Shown here piece by piece: positions 59,109 to 64,000 of a DNA stretch of 64,000 nt. Positions within the stretch are counted from its first letter, which is position 1, and every line of letters starts with the position of its first letter. The notes beneath the pieces were generated by a model. That model made no database searches and had not been told where the DNA came from. It saw nothing but the letters and a program-made list of their open reading frames with translations. The stretch is from positions 1-64,000 of the forward strand of contig JBBQXJ010000011.1 of the NCBI GenBank assembly GCA_038209745.1, read 5' to 3'. Both the position numbers and the translations under genes were made by a program. The DNA comes from Verrucomicrobiota bacterium (GTDB taxonomy: Bacteria; Verrucomicrobiota; Verrucomicrobiia; Limisphaerales; CANJSG01).

Positions 59109-59204
59109 AACATCGAACAACCAACGTCGAACTCCGAACGTCCGAGGCGCGGCCTTCGAGGCGTTCCTTCGACGTTGGGCGCTGAGTGTTCAGCGTTCGA
59201 TGTT
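59109..59204. repeat. Inverted pair of heptamer tandem arrays
   Basis: AACATCG AACAACC AACGTCG AACTCCG AACGTCC ... TTCGACG TTGGGCG CTGAGTG TTCAGCG TTCGATG TT. Confidence 0.75.
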
Positions 59205-59216
59205 TCCCGGTTTGAG

Positions 59217-59441
59217 CAACCCAAAGGGTTGCCGGCCATTAGCTGGGGGTTGAACGAAGCAACACCCCCGGTTCAGCGGGATTGGAAGGCTGCACCCCGG
59301 CGGGGTGCCAGCAAAGCTTCTGGATTCCTGGGCCATTTGGCACCCCTTCAGGATGCCGTTGTCTGGGGCGGGTCAACCGGGGGTGTCGTCTCGCTCCGCG
59401 CTCCTCAACCCTCGGCTACCATCTGCCAAGCCTCCGGGTTG
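59217..59441. repeat. About 225-bp nested inverted repeat (REPIN/MITE-like)
   Basis: CAACCC..TAGCTGGGGGTTGA / TCAACCCTCGGCTA..GGGTTG; ACACCCCCGGTT / AACCGGGGGTGT; GGGGTGCCA / TGGCACCCC. Confidence 0.7.
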
Positions 59442-59473
59442 GAGCTTCAACAAACTTCTGCCGTTCAAGCCAC

Positions 59474-60274
59474 ATGAGCACGTTCCTGTTGAAGTGGAAA
59501 CCCAGTGTCTACCCTTGGCTGGAATTGCCGGAGTGCGTCGACCAAGTTCGACATGAGGGGAGCTGTCTCCTGAGATGGTCATGCGGAAACACAAAGAAGA
59601 TCAAAGCTGGTGACCGGGTCTTCCTTTTGCGCCGTCCCAACCCACCAGCCGGCATCATGGGTGCAGGAACTGTTACCAAGGGTTCCTACGAAGATGAGCA
59701 TTATGCTCGTCCAAGTGAGACGGCTGTCTACGTAGAGGCTCGTTTCGACTCGCTTATCAATGTGACGACGGAAAGCGCAGTCCTCTCTGTGTCTCGACTG
59801 AGCCAGCCAGATCTTTCTGGAGGCCCTTGGACCATTCGCGGTTCAGGCAAAACAATACCTTCGCCAGTTGCAGAAAAGTTGGAACATGTTTGGCAGCAGC
59901 TCTTGGATGTCCGAGCCAAGTATTCTGCTCCCTTACCGGAGGAGATTGCGGTCCCCCAGAAATTTACCGAAGGCGCCATGCGGCAAATCACGGTGAACGC
60001 CTACGAAAGAGATCCGGAAGCCAGACGCCTCTGCATCGAACATCACGGATGGCGCTGTGCGGTTTGCAAATTCGACTTTGAAGAACGCTACGGCGAGTTA
60101 GGACGAGGATTTATCCATGTCCACCATCTTAAGCCGCTGTCTGAGACTCAGCGACCCCACGAAATTTCTCCAATCGACGATCTTCGACCAGTTTGTCCCA
60201 ATTGCCACGCCATGCTGCATCGTCCGCCGGAGGTCATGGCCATTGAAACGCTGGAGACATTGCTTCGTCGCTAA
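59474..60274 (+). CDS. EVE/PUA-like + McrA-type HNH endonuclease
   Basis: N-terminal FLLKW...WSCG...GDRVFL..GI.G.G; C-terminal YERD..AR..C, CAVC, IHVHH..PLS, CPNCHAMLH; more AT-rich than neighbours. Confidence 0.8.
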   Translation: MSTFLLKWKPSVYPWLELPECVDQVRHEGSCLLRWSCGNTKKIKAGDRVFLLRRPNPPAGIMGAGTVTKGSYEDEHYARPSETAVYVEARFDSLINVTTESAVLSVSRLSQPDLSGGPWTIRGSGKTIPSPVAEKLEHVWQQLLDVRAKYSAPLPEEIAVPQKFTEGAMRQITVNAYERDPEARRLCIEHHGWRCAVCKFDFEERYGELGRGFIHVHHLKPLSETQRPHEISPIDDLRPVCPNCHAMLHRPPEVMAIETLETLLRR

Positions 60275-60295
60275 AACTGTTTTCCCCATTTTCCC

Positions 60296-61393
60296 ATGCC
60301 TGACACCTACTACATCGTCCCCCCCGCCCTGCACGAAGCCCTTGTGAAGAAGGCCTACCTGGCCCGTGGCTACACCGAGGACGAAGCCGACGACGCCGCG
60401 CGCTTCTGCCACAACGCCTCCACCTACGGCATCCGCACCCACAACGCCATCAAGGCGCTCCACCTCGACGATCTCTTCGGCAGCAAGGTCGGCCGTTGGA
60501 CGCCCGGCGCGCAGATCGAGAAGCTGCCGTCCCGCTTCGCCGCGTCCGAATTCTGGAACGGCCACAACAAGCTCGGCCAAGCCGTCGCCTTCCGCGCCAT
60601 GGCCCGCTGCATGGAGCTGGCCGACCAATACGGCGTGGGCATGGTCAGCGTGGACAACGCCACCCATTATCTCTGGGGAGGCGGCTACGTGATGGACGCC
60701 GCGCTCAAGGGCTACATCGCCTACACCAACTGCACCTCCTCCACCTCCGAGGTCGTGCCGTTCGGCGGCAAACGGGCGACGATGGGCACCAACCCGCATT
60801 CTTGGGGCTTCCCCACGCAGGCCGCGGTCGGCTTCCCCATCGTCATCGACTGGGCCACGTCCACCGTCGCGATGGGCCGGGTGCAGGTGCTCAAGCGCGA
60901 GGGCAAGAAGCTTCCGCCCAACTGCGCCGTGGACGCCGACGGCAATATGACCGACGACCCGAACAAGGTCGTGGCGCTGCTCCCCTTCGGCGCGCACAAG
61001 GGCTACGGCCTCGGTCTGATCGACGAGCTGTATGCGGCCTACATCGGCGGTTCGTTGCCGTCGATCCGGGGCACGTCGCTCGGCGACAAGGGCGAGAAGC
61101 GCGGGTCCACTTTCTTCTTCCAGTGCATCCATCCCGACGCGATGAAGGGCAACGACTACGTCGGCGGCCGTTCGCAGGCCGAGAACGTGAAGACCTGTAT
61201 CCAGGACGTGCTCGGACCCGGCAACGAGAAGTGCCTGTTGCCCGGCGAACCCGAAGCCCGCGCCGGCGAACTGACCAAGAAACACGGCGGCCTCCTCTTC
61301 ACCAAGGCGGAGATCGAGGAGTTCAAGCACGTCGCCGAAACCTGCGGCGAAACCCCGTGGAAGCCCGAAGACTTCAAGACCGTCGAGATCTGA
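60296..61393 (+). CDS. Ldh_2-family oxidoreductase (YbiC/AllD/YiaK/ComC superfamily)
   Basis: G..TH, GTNP, D.ATS, PFG.HKGYGL, LPGE.E. Confidence 0.88.
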   Translation: MPDTYYIVPPALHEALVKKAYLARGYTEDEADDAARFCHNASTYGIRTHNAIKALHLDDLFGSKVGRWTPGAQIEKLPSRFAASEFWNGHNKLGQAVAFRAMARCMELADQYGVGMVSVDNATHYLWGGGYVMDAALKGYIAYTNCTSSTSEVVPFGGKRATMGTNPHSWGFPTQAAVGFPIVIDWATSTVAMGRVQVLKREGKKLPPNCAVDADGNMTDDPNKVVALLPFGAHKGYGLGLIDELYAAYIGGSLPSIRGTSLGDKGEKRGSTFFFQCIHPDAMKGNDYVGGRSQAENVKTCIQDVLGPGNEKCLLPGEPEARAGELTKKHGGLLFTKAEIEEFKHVAETCGETPWKPEDFKTVEI

Positions 61394-61397
61394 TTCC

Positions 61398-61512
61398 TTA
61401 ACCACAGATGGACACAGATGGACACAGATCCGAAGTAGGACAGGCATCTTGCCTGTCCCGAGGTCTGAGCGTGCCCGCAGCCAGTGGACGCCCCCTCACC
61501 CGGGCCCTCTCC
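61398..61512. repeat. Cluster of three different repeat stubs
   Basis: (CACAGATGGA)x2.7 at 61403-61429; GTAG-GACAGGCA-TCT-TGCCTGTCC at 61435-61458; CCCCCTCACCCGGGCCCTCTCC at 61491-61512. Confidence 0.7.
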
Positions 61513-61514
61513 GT

Positions 61515-62089
61515 GTTCGCCAGCAAGACATGACGCCGCGCTTGCTCAACAAAGTCTGCGCACATCCTGTGGCACTTTCATGGGTCCTTGGTGCTTGTGC
61601 TCTGGATGCCGCCGTCATCGTCCTGCTCTCGAAAGAGGTGTCCCTCACCGCCATTGTTTCCGACCGGCAAGCTGGGCTGTTCTTGGCGTTTGGACTCATC
61701 CCAGCAACGCTGCTAGGATATTTCGTGGGGATGTTTACTTGTTGGCCGTTTGTTCGCCCCGTTTGCAGTAGATTCAACGGAGCACCATTCAAAGCAGGCG
61801 ATCACGTTGTGATTCTATCTGGGCCTCTGAGAGGAGGCATGGCAGACGTGGAGGAGATCACGGCCAGTCAGGGCGGTTGGGATGTTGTCTGGCTTGATCT
61901 CGGTCCAGACCGCAGGAAGAAGTTCAGCAACATCTTTGAGGAGTATTCATTGCTGAAAACCAATGGCGGACAAGACACTCCACCCAAGAGCCGCCCGCCC
62001 TCTCAGTTGCCTGCGTCACCGGAGGTTCAGTCGCCCGATTCGCTGCGAACGCCTTCTTCCGGCGACTGTAGGTGAGCTTTGCGTTCAGC
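61515..62089 (+). mobile_element. Solitary integron-type gene cassette with attC site
   Basis: Begins G|TTCGCC (61515); attC 61965-62089: R'' GGCGGAC, L'' CTCCACC, stem AGAGCCGCC/GGCGACTGT, L' GGTGAG, R' GTTCAGC. Confidence 0.65.
61530..62075 (+). CDS. Cassette-encoded hypothetical membrane protein
   Basis: Two TM helices plus KOW/SH3-like FKAGDHVVILSGP; ORF reads through the attC; atypical codon usage. Confidence 0.6.
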   Translation: MTPRLLNKVCAHPVALSWVLGACALDAAVIVLLSKEVSLTAIVSDRQAGLFLAFGLIPATLLGYFVGMFTCWPFVRPVCSRFNGAPFKAGDHVVILSGPLRGGMADVEEITASQGGWDVVWLDLGPDRRKKFSNIFEEYSLLKTNGGQDTPPKSRPPSQLPASPEVQSPDSLRTPSSGDCR

Positions 62090-62186
62090 CGAACAACTTC
62101 CGCGCTTCGCATGAATTGTCCGAACAAGCAGCCGAGCCGGTTCCCCCATCTGTGGTTCTCCCTTTTAACTGCATCCCACAAAGACC

Positions 62187-63284
62187 ATGCCCATCCCTCT
62201 TCGCGACAAATCCCAGTGCGCCTTCGACCAGATCTCGCTCGGCGAGGTCATGCTCCGCCTCGATCCCGGTGAAACCCGCGTGCGCGTCGCCCGCCAGTTC
62301 ACCGCCTGGGAAGGCGGCGGCGAATACAACACCTCGCGCGGTCTCCGGAAATGTTTCGGCTACAAGACCGCCGTCTGTTCCGCCTTCGTCGACAACGAGG
62401 TCGGCCACCTGATCGAGGACTTCATCATGCAGGGCGGCGTCGCCACCGACTTCCTCAAGTGGCGCGAAGACGACGGCATCGGCCGCACCGTCCGCAACGG
62501 CCTGAACTTCACCGAGCGCGGCTTCGGCCTGCGCGGCGCGGTCGGCGTGCCCGATCGCGGCAACACCGCCGCCAGCCAGCTCAAGCCCGGCGACTTCGAC
62601 TGGGACCACATCTTCGGCAAGCTCGGCGCGCGTTGGTTCCACACCGGCGGCATCTTCGCCGCCCTTTCGGAATCGACCGCCGCGTTGACCGTCGAAGCCG
62701 TGAAGGCCGCCAAGAAGCACGGCGTCGTGGTCAGCTACGACCTGAACTATCGCCCCTCGCTCTGGAAGACGATCGGCGGATTGAAGAAGGCCCAGGAGGT
62801 CAACCGCGAGATCGCGCAGCAGGTCGACGTTATGATCGGCAACGAAGAGGACTTCACCGCGTCGCTCGGCTTCGAGGTGAAGGGCGCCGACGAACACATC
62901 AGCCACATCGAGACCGACGCCTTCAAGGCGATGATCGAGACGGCGGTGAAGGAGTTCCCGAACTTCAAGGTCGCCGCCACCACGCTGCGCCGCGTCATCA
63001 CCGCCACGGTGAACGACTGGAGCGCGATCCTCTGGCACGACGGCCAGTTCCACGAGAGCCGCAAATATCCCGAGCTGGAGATCCTCGACCGCGTCGGCGG
63101 CGGCGACAGCTTCGCCAGCGGTTTGCAGTTCGGCTTCCTGGAGTTCAACGACGCCCAGAAGGCGGTGGACTACGGCGCGGCCCACGGCGCCTTCGCCAGC
63201 ACGACCCCCGGCGACACCTCGATGGCCACCCGCAAGGAAGTCGAGAAGCTGATCAAGGGCGGCAGCGCGCGGGTGGTGCGGTAA
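62187..63284 (+). CDS. kdgK: PfkB-family sugar kinase (KdgK-like)
   Basis: GEVMLRL, GGGE.N, SYDLNYR..LW, DRVGGGDSFASG. Confidence 0.85.
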   Translation: MPIPLRDKSQCAFDQISLGEVMLRLDPGETRVRVARQFTAWEGGGEYNTSRGLRKCFGYKTAVCSAFVDNEVGHLIEDFIMQGGVATDFLKWREDDGIGRTVRNGLNFTERGFGLRGAVGVPDRGNTAASQLKPGDFDWDHIFGKLGARWFHTGGIFAALSESTAALTVEAVKAAKKHGVVVSYDLNYRPSLWKTIGGLKKAQEVNREIAQQVDVMIGNEEDFTASLGFEVKGADEHISHIETDAFKAMIETAVKEFPNFKVAATTLRRVITATVNDWSAILWHDGQFHESRKYPELEILDRVGGGDSFASGLQFGFLEFNDAQKAVDYGAAHGAFASTTPGDTSMATRKEVEKLIKGGSARVVR

Positions 63285-63294
63285 GCACCGCTCC

Positions 63295-63319
63295 GTAGCG
63301 GCGAACGGGAGTTCGCCGC
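63295..63319 (+). repeat. GTAG-footed hairpin (REP-like; could also act as terminator)
   Basis: GTA-GCGGCGAAC-GGGA-GTTCGCCGC. Confidence 0.5.
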
Positions 63320-63368
63320 CAATATCTCGAATCCGGCAAAAAGACGGATGTCGAATCGGTCGCCCTTC

Positions 63369-64000
63369 CTATTTTCGAGCAAGAAACCGTTCCCGCCAGA
63401 TCGCCCGTGATGTTTTCCCGCGAGCGTCGGCCTGCAGCGTCTCCGTGATCCACCATTCGCGCGGCACCTGCCAGCCGGCGAGACAGCCGAGCAAATGCTG
63501 CCGAAGCGTTTCCGCGTCCACGATTGAGGAGGGATGCACGATGGCGACGACCTTTTCGGAACGGTCCCGGTCAGGAACGCCCAACACGAGGCAGCGCTTC
63601 ACCACCGGATGCTGTTCCAAGGCGCGTTCCACGGTCTCGGGATGGAGCTTGCGGCCGGCGACGTTGATCACGTCTCCCGCTCGGCCTCGGAGAAAGACCC
63701 CACCATCGATGATCTCCGCGAGATCCGACGTGCGGAAGACACCTTCCGACAATGTTTCCACATCGGCCGGCAGATAGCCTTGGCCGACGGCCGGGCCCCG
63801 GACTTCCAAGCAGCCGGCATCGCTGAGGCCGAGCTCGGCGCGATGCATCGCGCGACCGACGAAGGCGTCTTCGCAGCGGGGTTCATCCGCTGCGTCGTAG
63901 GCGATGCCGCCGCATTCCGAGGAGCCGTAGAAGTTGTGGACCTTCAATCCGTGCTTCACGTGGATCGAATGCTCCAATGCGACCGGCATGGGCGCCCCGG
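63369..64000 (-). CDS. AMP-dependent acyl-CoA synthetase family, C-terminal part (5' end off window)
   Basis: AGAP, FYGSSECGG, FRTSDL, GR..DVINVAG.K..P..VE, GK..R. Confidence 0.85.
   Translation of the reverse strand, partial: GAPMPVALEHSIHVKHGLKVHNFYGSSECGGIAYDAADEPRCEDAFVGRAMHRAELGLSDAGCLEVRGPAVGQGYLPADVETLSEGVFRTSDLAEIIDGGVFLRGRAGDVINVAGRKLHPETVERALEQHPVVKRCLVLGVPDRDRSEKVVAIVHPSSIVDAETLRQHLLGCLAGWQVPREWWITETLQADARGKTSRAIWRERFLARK

Noticed and set aside
59109..59204. CRISPR array (also considered for 61403-61429)
   Set aside because: Units are 7-10 bp tandem repeats without unique spacers, and there are no cas genes
59462..60295. HNH gene as a second integron cassette
   Set aside because: A GTT occurs before the start, but no attC-like palindrome follows the stop

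Overview
High-GC bacterial chromosomal segment. Gene content and lineage-typical hypothetical proteins suggest a Verrucomicrobiota (Pedosphaera/Limisphaera-like) genome; this is an inference. Most of the window is housekeeping: ispF, ftsY, CBS-PPase, hpf, leuC, coaD-yceD-rpmF-plsX-fabH, pilT, surA, a pilM-N-O-P-Q-like cluster, purD, rnhB, iscR-iscU-iscS-mrp, comEC, nfeD-floA, rnpB (RNase P RNA) and tRNA-Ile2(CAT). Two regions stand out. (1) 3255-7472: a GHMP sugar kinase/UDP-sugar pyrophosphorylase fusion carries an apparently intact REP-associated HUH tyrosine transposase (RAYT/Y1) domain in frame in its inter-domain linker. The domain is bracketed by inverted GTAG-type REP hairpins that are themselves translated, and three more repeat-derived in-frame micro-insertions occur in the same ORF. 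(2) 56.7-63.3 kb: a putative sugar-acid catabolic operon (SIS isomerase, 2-hydroxyacid dehydrogenase, Ldh_2 oxidoreductase, KdgK) has mobile cargo in every spacer: REP remnants, hicBA, inverted heptamer arrays, a REPIN/MITE-like palindrome, an EVE-HNH nuclease, stacked repeat stubs of three different types and a solitary integron-type cassette with an attC site. Also noted are a motif-degenerate coaD, a thioredoxin fused to a PilP/GspC-like domain, and a gene split by one in-frame stop. All calls come from reading motifs by eye; no database searches were run.
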